This document shows, in pieces, positions 10,511 through 20,942 of a stretch of 64,000 nucleotides of DNA. This DNA is from an uncultured Chloroflexia bacterium (GTDB lineage: Bacteria > Chloroflexota > UBA6077 > JACCZL01). The translations under genes and the position numbers were made by a program. Position 1 is the first letter of the stretch, and each line of letters opens with the position of its first letter. The stretch is taken from positions 64,001-128,000 of the forward strand of contig CAVXYC010000027.1 in the NCBI GenBank assembly GCA_963765765.1, written 5' to 3'. Below the pieces are notes generated by a model. The model was not told the origin of the DNA and searched no databases. It saw only the letters and a list, made by a program, of their open reading frames with translations.

Positions 10511-11898
10511 CTATTGCTCTAGCGAAGCAAACAGGTTGTTGAAACCTTCGGCCAGCGTCGGATGCGCAAAGATTCCATTCCGCAAGGCCTGCCAGGGTAG
10601 ATTGCCCATCATGGCAATCTCGATCATCGACATGATCTCGCCGCCCTCTATCCCCAGTGCCGCGAAGCCGAGAATTCGGTCGGTACGAGCGTCGACGACC
10701 GCCTTCAACAGTCCCCGAGGCTCGTCTACCTCCAGGGCTCGAGCGACGCGAGACATGGGCATGGAGGCAACGCGGATCTCCATCCCGCGCTTTCTCGCCT
10801 CGGTCTCAGTCATTCCGACCCTTCCAAGCTGTGGGTCGATATAGACGGTGTATGGAACGAGTCGGTCCGTAATTGAAGCGGTTCCGCCATCGATGAGATT
10901 GGTCTTGATGACTCGGAAGTCGTCGTAGGAGATGTGCGTGAATTGTGGTCCACCCTTTACGTCGCCCAGCGCGTAAACGCCAGGAGCGCTCGTCTCGAGT
11001 CGATCGTTGACCACGATCTCCCGGCGCTCGTTCACTTGCACCCGGCAGCTTCGAGGTTGAGGGTCTCTGTGTTGGGCGATCGACCTACGGCCACAAGGAG
11101 GTGCGAGCCCGAAACGCTGCGCTCTCCAGAGGGTAACCCCAGATGCATGTGAATCTCGCCATCAACGGATTCGACGGACTGCGCATCTGCTTGATAGATC
11201 AGCTCGATCCCGTCTTGCTCCATGATCTGAGCGACTTTTTGGCAGACATCATCATCTTCCCGCGCAAACAATCGCTCGCCTCGCTGGATCACCGTTACGC
11301 GGCTTCCGAGCCGGCGGTAGAGCTGGCCGAATTCGAGTCCGATGTACCCGCCGCCCAGTACCAGAAAATGATCGGGTACCGTATCGAGCTCTAGCACTGA
11401 CGAGGAGTCGAGCCAGGGGACTGTGTCCAGCCCCGCAAGCTTTGGGCGCGCGGGGCGGCCGCCGGTATTGATGAAGATCAGGTCGGAGTCTATCGCCGAT
11501 TCACCACCGCCGCTGAGCTTCACGCTCATTGACCTGGGCCCGGTGAAGCTCGCCTCCCCACGTACGATCTGAACCCCACCTGTCTCGATGGACTTTTCGC
11601 TGCCGCTCCGAAACTGATCGACGATGTTGCGCTTTCGGTCGCGCACTTTTTGCATGTCGATCTCAATGGGTCCAGTGATGACGCCAAAGTCCGCGCCCCT
11701 ATGAGCCAGATATGAGACTCGCCCACTTGCGATCAGCGTCTTCGTGGGTGTGCACCCAACGTTGATGCAGGTACCACCTACGTGTTCCCGTTCCACCAAC
11801 GCGACGCGGCGCCCCTTTTTCGCAAATGCCGTAGCAAGCGGTCCGCCCGCTTGTCCCGAGCCGATGATGACGACGTCATAGTGTGTTGAGGAAGCCAT
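10511..11898 (-). CDS. Pyridine nucleotide-disulfide oxidoreductase (MerA/RclA/Lpd-like); frameshift near 11040
   Basis: [21 protein letters not shown] redox motif, [20 protein letters not shown]-terminal FAHPTLAE; split over ORFs 11032..11922 and 10511..11041. Confidence 0.88.
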
Positions 11899-12051
11899 GC
11901 CACACTCCCGGAGCCTGCTCAAGCATTCGGCAAGCTCAGCTACAATTTTGAGTTCTCAGTGATCGGCAACCTGCCGTTCTATCGAACAAGTCAATAGTAG
12001 TACCGATGACCGTAGCGGCCCCTCGGCCAGCGCATCCAAAGGAGCACTTTT

Positions 12052-12267
12052 ATGCCACCAGGCTCAGATTCGTCCCAGGAGGAAATTCGCGCTGGTCTCG
12101 CTTCCGCGCATGCCGCGAAGTTCGGCGCACGGGCGGATGACGCGTTAGCCGCTGCGCTGGATGCGACTGCTCAGGCAATCGCAGTGATCTCCAGTCAGCC
12201 GATTGGCGCCTACGGCGTTGAGCCCGACTTCATCACAGGGTCGTCCGAGAACGAGGCCGCCTCATGA
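12052..12267 (+). CDS. Small protein coupled to amidase (possible GatC/AtzG-like partner)
   Basis: AAAGGAG RBS, Ala-rich 71 aa with VEPDF near the C-terminus, ATGA overlap with amidase start. Confidence 0.55.
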   Translation: MPPGSDSSQEEIRAGLASAHAAKFGARADDALAAALDATAQAIAVISSQPIGAYGVEPDFITGSSENEAAS

Positions 12268-13604
12268 GCGGTCTGCACGAGCTCGGTGTCGTGGAGATTG
12301 CCGATCGAATTCGCGCAAAGGACATCTCGGCGGTTGAAGTCGTCGACGCCGTGCTCCAGCGCATCGAATCAACCGAGCCAACGATTCGCGCCTGGGTTAC
12401 GGTGGATCCAGAGGGCGCCCGCGCGCAGGCGCGGCAGGCGGATGACGCCACCGCGCGCGGAGACGGCGGTCCCCTGAATGGCGTTCCCGTGGGCCTGAAA
12501 GACATCTACGACGCGGCTGGGTTCTCCACGCTCTGTGGCTCAACGTTTTTACTCGACGAGCACCGTCTGACCGACGCGGCATCGGTTGCGCGTCTCAAGC
12601 GCGCGGGTGCTATCGTCATCGGTAAGACGGTCACCACGCCTTTTGCCCTGGCTGATCCACCGGTCACGCGCAACCCATGGAATCCGGGGCGTACGCCGGG
12701 CGGATCGAGCAGTGGATCGGCGGCATCGGTTGGCGCCTGGCAAATCCCCGCGGCTATGGGCTCGCAAACTGCCGGCAGCATCTGCCGACCCGCGGGCTAC
12801 TGTGGCGCCGTGGGACTCAAGCCGACCTTTGGAAGAATCAGCCGCCAGGGCATTCATCCGCTGGCATGGTCGCTGGACCACGCGGGGCCGATCACGCGCC
12901 GCGTAGCGGACGCCGCGGCGCTCCTGCAGGTGCTGGCCGGCCATGATCCGACCGACCAGGGCTCGCGTGACCGCCCAGTTGACGATTACGTTGGCGCCGC
13001 GGCCACATCTGCCGCGCCCCGACTTGGGCTGCTTACCGACATCGTGGAGCTAAGTCAGCCCGACGTTCGCGCGCACATTCTCGAGGTAGCGGAAAAGCTG
13101 CGGCACGCCGGTGCCACCGTGGTAGAGATGACGCTGCCAGAGCCCTTTGAGCGTATGCTGGCAACGCAATTGATCACTATGCAGTCGGAGGCTGGCGCGA
13201 TTCACGCGATGCAGCATCGCCAGTTTGCTGATCAGTACCCGCCTCGTCTGCGAGCAGCAGTTGAGCTAGGACAGCTCGTACCGGCAGAGGTCTATCTCCA
13301 CGCCCAGCGATTACGGCGACGGATTCGAGTCGCGACCCTGGAGCTTTTTGAGACCGTGGATGCTCTGCTCATGCCCACTGCCGCAAACCTGGCCCCTGAG
13401 CCTGCCACCACGGGCGACAATCGGTTCCAGGCGATTTGGAGCGTGATCGGCTTTCCAACGCTGTGCGTTCCCAGCGGATTGAGTGCCGAGCGTTTGCCAT
13501 TCTCAACGAAGCTCATTGCACGTCCATGGGCCGAAGCAAAGCTCTTTAGCGCGGGAGCGTGGTGTGAGTCGGTGTTTGGCCCACTTCCTGATCCATGTCA
13601 GTAG
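12264..13604 (+). CDS. Amidase signature family enzyme
   Basis: GPLNGVPVGLKD, TRNPWN..RTPGGSSSGSAA, GSQTAGSICRPA, GLKPTFG. Confidence 0.93.
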   Translation: MSGLHELGVVEIADRIRAKDISAVEVVDAVLQRIESTEPTIRAWVTVDPEGARAQARQADDATARGDGGPLNGVPVGLKDIYDAAGFSTLCGSTFLLDEHRLTDAASVARLKRAGAIVIGKTVTTPFALADPPVTRNPWNPGRTPGGSSSGSAASVGAWQIPAAMGSQTAGSICRPAGYCGAVGLKPTFGRISRQGIHPLAWSLDHAGPITRRVADAAALLQVLAGHDPTDQGSRDRPVDDYVGAAATSAAPRLGLLTDIVELSQPDVRAHILEVAEKLRHAGATVVEMTLPEPFERMLATQLITMQSEAGAIHAMQHRQFADQYPPRLRAAVELGQLVPAEVYLHAQRLRRRIRVATLELFETVDALLMPTAANLAPEPATTGDNRFQAIWSVIGFPTLCVPSGLSAERLPFSTKLIARPWAEAKLFSAGAWCESVFGPLPDPCQ

Positions 13605-13654
13605 GGAAAGAAGCACGGACCTTGTCTAGCATCGGGCAATACTCAACGTAGCCA

Positions 13655-14335
13655 ATGTCGATCTCACATCGTGCACGCGGCTGGTGGGTTGGCTGGCCAC
13701 GCTTTATCCTTCTCCTGGTGGGCCCGGTGATTATTTCAGTTGGGTTCACCATGAACATCCAGGCGAACGTCGGCCAGGGTCCGTGGCAAGCATTCCACGT
13801 GGGCATTGCACTTCAGACGCCTCTGACGATCGGAATGGCGGGCCAGGTGGTGAGCGTCATTACGCTGGCCATGGCCTGGGCACTGAGCGTGCGCCCTGGA
13901 GTTGGCACAGCCGTGAACATAATCCTGGGCGGCGTCATCCAGGATCTCCTCATCTACAACCATGTCATTCCCGAAATGAACGACCCGGTTACCGGTTACG
14001 TGATGATGCTGGCGGGTGCCGTTGTCATGGGCATGGGAACGGCGCTCTACGTGAAGGCACAAATTGGCGCGGGGCCGCGCGACAGTCTGATGGTTGCGCT
14101 CTCCCGTCGCTTGCACCGGGATGTTGGACCCGTTCGCATTGCGATGGATGGGTTGGCCGTATTCTTTGGCTGGATGATGGGTGCTCCAATCGGCCTCGGG
14201 ACGGTGGTCTTCGTCATCACCCTCGGCCCCATCCTATCGTTCTGGTTCCGCGTCCTGCGGGTGCCAATGCGTCGACCGGTCCGTGCGCCTGCGGCGGCGC
14301 CAATCGCGCGGGCGGACCTTGCATCTCAATCATGA
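13655..14335 (+). CDS. YczE/YyaS family membrane protein
   Basis: ANVGQGPWQAFHVGIA, RPGVGT, IGAGPRDSLMV, IGLGTV. Confidence 0.85.
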   Translation: MSISHRARGWWVGWPRFILLLVGPVIISVGFTMNIQANVGQGPWQAFHVGIALQTPLTIGMAGQVVSVITLAMAWALSVRPGVGTAVNIILGGVIQDLLIYNHVIPEMNDPVTGYVMMLAGAVVMGMGTALYVKAQIGAGPRDSLMVALSRRLHRDVGPVRIAMDGLAVFFGWMMGAPIGLGTVVFVITLGPILSFWFRVLRVPMRRPVRAPAAAPIARADLASQS

Positions 14336-14366
14336 CCGCTGTCGATATCAGGAGAGTGTGAGCAGT

Positions 14367-14621
14367 ATGCCGTCGATCCAGTGCCGTCACTGTGGGCTAA
14401 ACCGCGATGCGTTGACCGAGGCGCCGATGCCCGGCGAATGGGGCGAGCGTATCATCGCCGAAACGTGTGAGCCTTGCTGGCGCGAGTGGCAAGAGGAGCA
14501 GACCCGACTCATCAATCACGAAAACCTGCGGCCGTACGTCCCCGCCGATAAAAAGCTCCTCTACCGGAAGATGCACGAGTTTCTGAAGCTATCCGGGGAG
14601 GCTCCTGGGCAGGGGTTCTGA
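14367..14621 (+). CDS. yggX: Fe(II)-trafficking/oxidative damage protection protein YggX-like
   Basis: PMPGEWGERII...CEPCWREWQEEQTRLINHENL...MHEFL. Confidence 0.8.
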   Translation: MPSIQCRHCGLNRDALTEAPMPGEWGERIIAETCEPCWREWQEEQTRLINHENLRPYVPADKKLLYRKMHEFLKLSGEAPGQGF

Positions 14622-14651
14622 GAGACCGGAATGACGTAAGTCCCAAGAGGA

Positions 14652-14786
14652 GACCCTACCCCAGCCCTCCCCGTGCGCGGGGAGGGGGCCTGGTTTGAGG
14701 ATTCCTGGATGCGGCTCGCAATCGGATTTCCAGATTTCACAGAATCCGGCCCCCTCCCCGCGTACGGGGAGGGCTGGGGTAGGGTC
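14652..14786. repeat. Intergenic palindromic (REP-like) element, 39-bp inverted arms
   Basis: GACCCTACCCCAGCCCTCCCCGTGCGCGGGGAGGGGGCC ... GGCCCCCTCCCCGCGTACGGGGAGGGCTGGGGTAGGGTC; each arm is itself a hairpin. Confidence 0.85.
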
Positions 14787-14855
14787 GGCTCTCCAGGATC
14801 TCCTCAACTTGGCCGAAGAATTGCATTAACGGCGACCACTTTCTGACGGGAGCGA

Positions 14856-15783
14856 ATGATGGGTCGCATGTTTGATGACAACGCCAACCTCGACACGTCG
14901 CAGGTCGAAGACCGACGCGGCGGGGGACGCCGTGGTCCGTCCGGCCGCACCGGCGCGGTGGTCGGAGGTGGCGGACTTGGACTGGTCATCCTTCTCGTGG
15001 CGACACTATTGGGCGTGAACCCCTCGCAAATTCCGGGTGGCGAGTCGGCCATTGAAGATGTGCTCTCTCAGCTCGAAGGTCAATCCGCGAGCGAGGACCA
15101 GGCTCCTGAGACAGTCGCTCAAAACTGCCGCACTGGCGCGGATGCCAATGCGCGCGAGGATTGTCGCGATTGTCGGATTCGTTAATAGTATCCAGAAATA
15201 TTGGAGCACTGAGCTGCCCGCGCGCGGCGTGCGCTATACCCAGGCGAAGACGACCTTCTTCAGTCGAGCGACTCAAACGGGCTGTGGGAGCGCAACGTCC
15301 CAGGTCGGGCCGTTCTATTGTCCCGAGGATGGAAGCGTCTATATCGACCTGGGATTCTTCAATGAGCTTCAGACGAAGTTCGGCGCACGGGGTGGACCAT
15401 TCGCTCAGGCCTACGTGATCGCTCACGAATACGGTCACCACATTCAGGATATCGTTGGGGTCCTAGACCAGATCGGAAACGACCGTGAAGGTCCACAGAG
15501 TCGAGCAGTCCGAGCTGAGCTACAGGCCGATTGCCTTGCCGCCGTGTGGGCGAACCATGCCGTGGAGACGGGGTTCATCACGCAGCTTAGCGATACCGAC
15601 ATTCAGGATGCCTTGAGTGCGGCTGCCGCGGTTGGCGACGATCGTATTCAGAAAGAGTTCCAGGGCCGCGTCACTCCCGAAACCTGGACTCACGGATCAA
15701 GCGAGCAGCGCCAGCGTTGGTTCATGGCGGGCTATCGGAGCGGTACTCTCGACTCGTGTGACACATCACGCGGTCAGGTCTAA
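14856..15783 (+). CDS. Neutral zinc metallopeptidase YpfJ family; frameshift near 15169
   Basis: [60 protein letters not shown]. Confidence 0.9.
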
Positions 15784-15841
15784 GACGCACCATTTGAGCG
15801 ATGATTAAACCCATGATCTCACTTGTGGGCATTCGTCTCTA

Positions 15842-16351
15842 GTGCGAGCCGACCGGATTTACCACGTCATTTCCGGTACCACCACCGCGTATCGCGCCCC
15901 GGAGATCATCCGAGCCCTTCAGCCACTTACGGATGACGTCATCACACTGATGACGCCCGGAGCATCCCGAGTCATCAGTCCACGCATGCTGATGCTCGAA
16001 CCCGGCCACCGTCATGTCGAATCGTATTTCGACTCTTTGATTCTGCCGCGCCCCGCTGATGGGCCGGCGATTTTTGCACCATGCAGCTTCAATAGCTTGA
16101 ACAAGCTAGCGCAGGGCATCGCCGACTCACTGGCGCTGTCGATTATTGCGGACTTGATCGGGCGTCAGCTCCCCATCGTGGTAGCACTTTCGCTAAACCC
16201 GGCACTGTTGGCCCATCCACGGACGCGCACATCTGTAACGACACTACGAGAATGGGGCATTTCAGTGATCGAGCCCGCGTCCGTGGGAGACGAGCTCACG
16301 CTGGCGCCAACCGACGAGATTATCAGGGAGCTGACTCGGAGACTTAGCTAG
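15842..16351 (+). CDS. Flavoprotein, HFCD (CoaC/LanD) fold, stand-alone
   Basis: FAPCSFNSLNKLAQGIADSLA and LNPALLAHP motifs. Confidence 0.7.
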   Translation: MRADRIYHVISGTTTAYRAPEIIRALQPLTDDVITLMTPGASRVISPRMLMLEPGHRHVESYFDSLILPRPADGPAIFAPCSFNSLNKLAQGIADSLALSIIADLIGRQLPIVVALSLNPALLAHPRTRTSVTTLREWGISVIEPASVGDELTLAPTDEIIRELTRRLS

Positions 16352-16556
16352 TCGCTACTGGATAGTCTTCCTCGGCCAGCGCTTCCTTGAACTTGTCCAC
16401 TGAGACCTTACCGGCATCATAGGTCACGGTGACGGCCTTCGTTGGGATATCGACCTGGACGAGCTGAACACCCTCGATCGGTGAGAGTGCTTCGGTGATC
16501 GCGTGCTCACAGTGCTCGCAAGAGATGTCCGGTACGTTGAGCGTTGTCTTTTCCAT
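16344..16556 (-). CDS. copZ: Copper chaperone
   Basis: VPDISCEHCEHAITEAL heavy-metal-associated domain, directly downstream of copA. Confidence 0.9.
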   Translation of the reverse strand: MEKTTLNVPDISCEHCEHAITEALSPIEGVQLVQVDIPTKAVTVTYDAGKVSVDKFKEALAEEDYPVATS

Positions 16557-16578
16557 GATGGCTGCTCCTTGATGCAGT

Positions 16579-19500
16579 TCAGGGGACGGACAAGACATAG
16601 CTTGCCGTCATGAGGTTTGAATTGACGTCGAGCGTTTCAACCCAGATCTTATAGAGTCCCGATGTGGGGAACGTGTAATCGAACACGATGTTCGGTCCAA
16701 ATTGCCCCTGGGGCGGTCGGGCACTGGGCGCGTGCCCGTGATCGCCGGCGGCGTCAGGAAGGCGTCCGTGGAGATGCGCAAATGAGCTCTGTTGCTCACC
16801 GATAACCACAACGTGTGCCGCGGCGCCGAGATACGGACGGAGGTCGACGCGTGGCACACCCGTTCTCGAGTCATCCGCTGCCACGCGAAGCTGTACGGGC
16901 GCTCCCGCTGTCACGCCGGCCGTGTCCTCCAGGTACAGTCGAGTCAGGCCGAATGTCTTTGGTGACAAATCCTGCTCCAACGCCAGGCCCGGGGTCATCT
17001 CTGACCCGACGTTGAGATCCTGTCGCCCAACCGCGACGCTGCCATCGGCACGCTCGGACTCCGTGTAAACGAAGAATTGACCGTCCCGCGGAAAGCTTAC
17101 GTCGAGCGCAAAAGTCCCTGGCCCACCGGTTGCCTGCGGGTGGATGTGCTGAAAGTTGCGCATGTCATCATCCACGACGATGGCATGGACCAGATGGCCA
17201 TGACTCAGCACAACGTCATCCACGGGCTCGGAGGTCGCCGGGTCCGAGAGGTGGAACGTGAGCTGCGCTGGCGTGCCAGCCGTGAGCGGCGGAAGCGGAT
17301 CCATGGTCCATACGGGGGACGATGTTCCGATCGGCGCATACGTTCCGTTCTGAGCAAAGGCGCTGTGGCGCGAGAACGTCAGCGCCACGAACCCAACGGC
17401 GAGAGCAACCAGTGCTATCCCCGCGAGGTAGGCATATTCCCCAATTCGTTCGCGGACGGGCGGATGGAGAATATCCGCCGTTGATCGCGGTCGACGGAAA
17501 CCGCGCAATCGGAGCGCGTTCGTCACAACGCTGACGCTGCTCATGGCCATGGCGGCCGCGGCAAGCACGGGATTCAAGAGAACCCCAAACGCTGGGTAGA
17601 GTGCGCCCATGGCGACCGGAATCAGGACCACATTGTAGGCAAAGGCCCAGAAGAGCCCTTGCTTGATCACCCCCACCGTTTTGCGTGAGAGCGCGATAGA
17701 GCTGACGATCCCGCGCAAATCGCCGCCGACGAGCGTGATGTCAGATGCCGCCATGGCAACGTCTGCACCCGTTCCGATGGCAATACCAAGATCTGCTTGA
17801 GCCAGAGCGGGCGCGTCGTTGATGCCGTCGCCAACCATCGCGACGACGTGTCCTGCTGCCTGGAGCTCGCGAACTCGCTCAGCCTTCTCGTGCGGCAGGA
17901 CCTCGGCCAGCACGTCGGTAATTCCGACCTCCGCGGCAATTGCGTCGGCGGTGGCCCGATTATCTCCAGTAAGCATGAAGACGTCGAGCCCCAGCGCCCG
18001 GAGCTGCCGTACGGCGTCGGCCGATTCTGGCTTGAGCGTATCGGCCACGCCAATGACACCGATCAACATGCCGTCTCGCGCGACGAATAGTGGCGTCGCA
18101 CCATTCCGTGCCATGCGCTCGGCATGCTCTTCGCCAACCGTGAGGTCCACACCCTGTTCCTCGAGCAGCGCCCGATTCCCAATGATTACATCGGCACCCC
18201 GGACGGTCGCCGAGACGCCGAGTCCACTCAGCGCCGTGAAGGAGTTCGCCGCGGGGAGGCTCTGCTCTAGCTCTCGTGCGCGATTGACAATCGCCTGACC
18301 TAGCGGGTGTTCTGAGCCGACTTCCGCCGCGCCAGCGATCACCAACAGCTCTTCCTCCGAGAGTCCCAGAGATCGAATCGCTGTCACTGAAGGCGCGCCT
18401 CGCGTCAGGGTCCCGGTCTTGTCAAGGACGATCGTGTCGATCTTGCGCGCCTGTTCCAACGCCTCGCCGCCACGGATCAGCACTCCGAGCTCGGCCGCCT
18501 TGCCCGTGCCAACCATGATGGCAGTTGGCGTAGCAAGACCGAGCGCACACGGACAGGCGATGATCAGCACGGCGATTGCAACCTGAATCGCCAGGGTCAG
18601 ACGTGGTTCGGGACCAAAACTGAGCCACGCGACAAAAGCCAGCGCAGCAAGTGCCAGAACAACGGGGACGAAGTACGATGCGACTTCATCGGCCAATCGC
18701 TGGATGGGCGCCTTAGATCCCTGAGCTTCTTCAACAAGCCGTACGATCTGCGCGAGCGCCGTGTCTCGCCCCACTCGAGCTGCTCGGAACACGAACGAGC
18801 CGGATGTGTTCAGTGTTGCCCCGATAACCTGTGTCCCCGCCTGCTTTTCGACAGGCAGGCTCTCGCCCGTGAGCATGCTTTCGTCAACGGCAGAACTACC
18901 ACTGAGAACGATGCCGTCCACCGGAACCTTCTCGCCAGGGCGAACTCGGATCTCATCGCCAACTTGCACTGACTCAATCGGCACGTCGTGCTCGACGCCC
19001 TGACGGATCACTCGAGCGGTGCGAGGCTGCAGTCCCACGAGCGCAGTAATTGCCGCGCTCGTCTGTCCTTTGGCGCGGGCCTCCAGCCAACGCCCCATCA
19101 AGATAAGAGCGACAATGATGACCGAAGTCTCGAAGTACAGGTGCGCGGGAAATCCCCATCGCGCCGCCAGACCCGGCCATAGCGTGACGAACGCACTGTA
19201 CCCAAACGCGACACTGGTGCCCACGGCCACCAGCGTGTTCATATTCGTCCCGCCGTGACGTCCGGCCGCCCATGCGGCGCGATAGAACTCGGCCCCCGCC
19301 CAGACCTGGACGAATGTAGCCGCGATCAACAGCACCGGCCCCCAGATCGCCATATCGATGTGAATCGGCAGATACATGATGGCCATCATGGCCACGCCAA
19401 TGACCAAGCTGACTATCCACTTTCGGCGCAGATCGGCGACCTCACGGGCGCGCTCCTCAATGAGAGGGTCTACAAGTGGTGCACTAGTCTGAGATTGAGC

Positions 19501-19740
19501 TGGTTCAACGGGGGTAATCCCGTAACCGGCCTTTTCAACCGCCGCGGTCAAAGACCCCAGCTCCACCAGATTGGGATCGAAAACGACGGTCGCTTTTTCG
19601 GTCGCGAGATTGACCGACGCGTCATCCACGCCGTCAACGCGCTTGAGCGCTTTCTCAACGCGCCGAACACACGACGCGCAGGTCATTCCCGAGACACGGA
19701 ACGTAAGGTCCCGTGCGTGGGGACTCGATAGGTGACTCAA
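16579..19740 (-). CDS. copA: Cu(I)-translocating P1B-type ATPase with long C-terminal extension
   Basis: [44 protein letters not shown]. Confidence 0.95.
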   Translation of the reverse strand: MSHLSSPHARDLTFRVSGMTCASCVRRVEKALKRVDGVDDASVNLATEKATVVFDPNLVELGSLTAAVEKAGYGITPVEPAQSQTSAPLVDPLIEERAREVADLRRKWIVSLVIGVAMMAIMYLPIHIDMAIWGPVLLIAATFVQVWAGAEFYRAAWAAGRHGGTNMNTLVAVGTSVAFGYSAFVTLWPGLAARWGFPAHLYFETSVIIVALILMGRWLEARAKGQTSAAITALVGLQPRTARVIRQGVEHDVPIESVQVGDEIRVRPGEKVPVDGIVLSGSSAVDESMLTGESLPVEKQAGTQVIGATLNTSGSFVFRAARVGRDTALAQIVRLVEEAQGSKAPIQRLADEVASYFVPVVLALAALAFVAWLSFGPEPRLTLAIQVAIAVLIIACPCALGLATPTAIMVGTGKAAELGVLIRGGEALEQARKIDTIVLDKTGTLTRGAPSVTAIRSLGLSEEELLVIAGAAEVGSEHPLGQAIVNRARELEQSLPAANSFTALSGLGVSATVRGADVIIGNRALLEEQGVDLTVGEEHAERMARNGATPLFVARDGMLIGVIGVADTLKPESADAVRQLRALGLDVFMLTGDNRATADAIAAEVGITDVLAEVLPHEKAERVRELQAAGHVVAMVGDGINDAPALAQADLGIAIGTGADVAMAASDITLVGGDLRGIVSSIALSRKTVGVIKQGLFWAFAYNVVLIPVAMGALYPAFGVLLNPVLAAAAMAMSSVSVVTNALRLRGFRRPRSTADILHPPVRERIGEYAYLAGIALVALAVGFVALTFSRHSAFAQNGTYAPIGTSSPVWTMDPLPPLTAGTPAQLTFHLSDPATSEPVDDVVLSHGHLVHAIVVDDDMRNFQHIHPQATGGPGTFALDVSFPRDGQFFVYTESERADGSVAVGRQDLNVGSEMTPGLALEQDLSPKTFGLTRLYLEDTAGVTAGAPVQLRVAADDSRTGVPRVDLRPYLGAAAHVVVIGEQQSSFAHLHGRLPDAAGDHGHAPSARPPQGQFGPNIVFDYTFPTSGLYKIWVETLDVNSNLMTASYVLSVP

Positions 19741-19752
19741 CTGCCATAACGA

Positions 19753-20019
19753 TTACCGTCGCGCTAACGTATAGAGCTCCGTGAGCTCACGGATCATGTC
19801 TTCGGAGCGCCCGGCCTCGAACCCCTCCGGGACACATCCCTGGAGATGCCCCTCGACCAGTACTGCCTCGAGCTTGTGGATGGCCTTCTCGACCGCATAC
19901 GTTTGCTTCAAGACGTCCACGCAATACTGATCTTCCTCGATCATCTTGCGGATACCGCGCAAATGCCCCTCGATGGAGGCCACGCGGTTCAATACATCTT
20001 TCTTTTGTGCTACTGCCAT
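19753..20019 (-). CDS. csoR: Copper-sensing repressor CsoR family
   Basis: RVASIEGHLRGI, YCVDVLKQ, GHLQGCV (C-H-C ligands). Confidence 0.92.
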   Translation of the reverse strand: MAVAQKKDVLNRVASIEGHLRGIRKMIEEDQYCVDVLKQTYAVEKAIHKLEAVLVEGHLQGCVPEGFEAGRSEDMIRELTELYTLARR

Positions 20020-20029
20020 TGCTAATCCC

Positions 20030-20049
20030 ATCCCCCCTGGGAGGGGGTC
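20030..20049. promoter_or_regulatory. CsoR-type operator
   Basis: ATCCCCCCTGGGAGGGGGT C-tract/G-tract pseudo-palindrome immediately upstream of csoR. Confidence 0.7.
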
Positions 20050-20339
20050 AGCAATATGCTAACACATGTTTCGAGAGCGGCGTAGATCTCGACGGGCCTA
20101 CGTCAGGCTGCGTTCTCGAGGCTCCGTATGCCCAGGCTCAGCAGCATCAGCACCCGCGTCTTTTCCCATCGTCACCAAGCGCCGGACTACGACACCCGGC
20201 TCGGACGCCGAAGCGTGGCAGTAACGGCCGCGGTGATGCCCTCGAGCCGGAACCGCTCAGTCTGCGCGGTGTAGAACGGCTCAAGCCAGTTCGCGGCCAT
20301 CCCCCACCTCCCGACTCACCAACGGGTGTCCCATACTGA

Positions 20340-20367
20340 AGTTCCGATAACCCCCATTATCGGAAAC
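20340..20367. other. Xer/dif-like recombination site A
   Basis: AGTTCCGATAA-CCCCCA-TTATCGGAAAC (11-6-11 inverted arms). Confidence 0.65.
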
Positions 20368-20708
20368 AAGCAAGCGCGCAGCAGCGGCACGGACCCGCAA
20401 TCGTGGCTATGGGCGAAACCCTATTAATGGCTCGACCGGGCTACATCGAACGCTCGCTCTACGCGCTGGCCATCAGGGAATGCTTCAACTATTGTGAAGT
20501 CTCCCCTGAGCGCCTCGAGACAGTATTTTCCCGCGTCGATCTCTTTCCGTGAGCGCACGCCGAAGCGACGTAGGAGCGGCAGGGCCGGCACCAGCCCTGG
20601 ACTGCGTGCTAACAGTAAAGGACGAGGACTCAGGGAACAATCACCTAGTGCCGCTAGCCCGCGACGAGGGTCAGCATCGAGTGCGTCGCGCCATGGCGGC
20701 CAGCTAAC

Positions 20709-20924
20709 TCACGGATATCGAATCTTTAAGAGACAGGCATCGAAGGCTTGTTCCGATAACCCCCCTGTTATGCGAACCGCGGGGAACGCGGAACGGCGAA
20801 ACGTTGATCGAGCGCGTGCATCGAAGTAGGTGTAGATCGCGAACGTACCAAACCATACAACCCCGATCATCACGATCCCGATGAGAAAGGCGACATTCGC
20901 CTTACGCTTGAGCGCACGTTTCAA
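20709..20924 (-). CDS. Small single-TM protein downstream of cydB
   Basis: KRALKRKANVAFLIGIVMIGVVWFGTFAIYTYF; start and end uncertain, reading frame runs through site B. Confidence 0.35.
   Translation of the reverse strand: MKRALKRKANVAFLIGIVMIGVVWFGTFAIYTYFDARARSTFRRSAFPAVRITGGLSEQAFDACLLKIRYP
20749..20778. other. Xer/dif-like recombination site B
   Basis: TGTTCCGATAA-CCCCCCTG-TTATGCGAACC (8-bp spacer); right arm reverse complement GGTTCGCATAA differs by 1 nt from the E. coli XerC arm GGTGCGCATAA. Confidence 0.6.
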
Positions 20925-20942
20925 CAGGTCATAGCTGCTCCT

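Noticed and set aside
10511-11898. Mercury resistance merA
   Set aside because: No C-terminal Cys-Cys pair, no NmerA domain and no mer operon; the HPTLAE ending is Lpd/RclA-like
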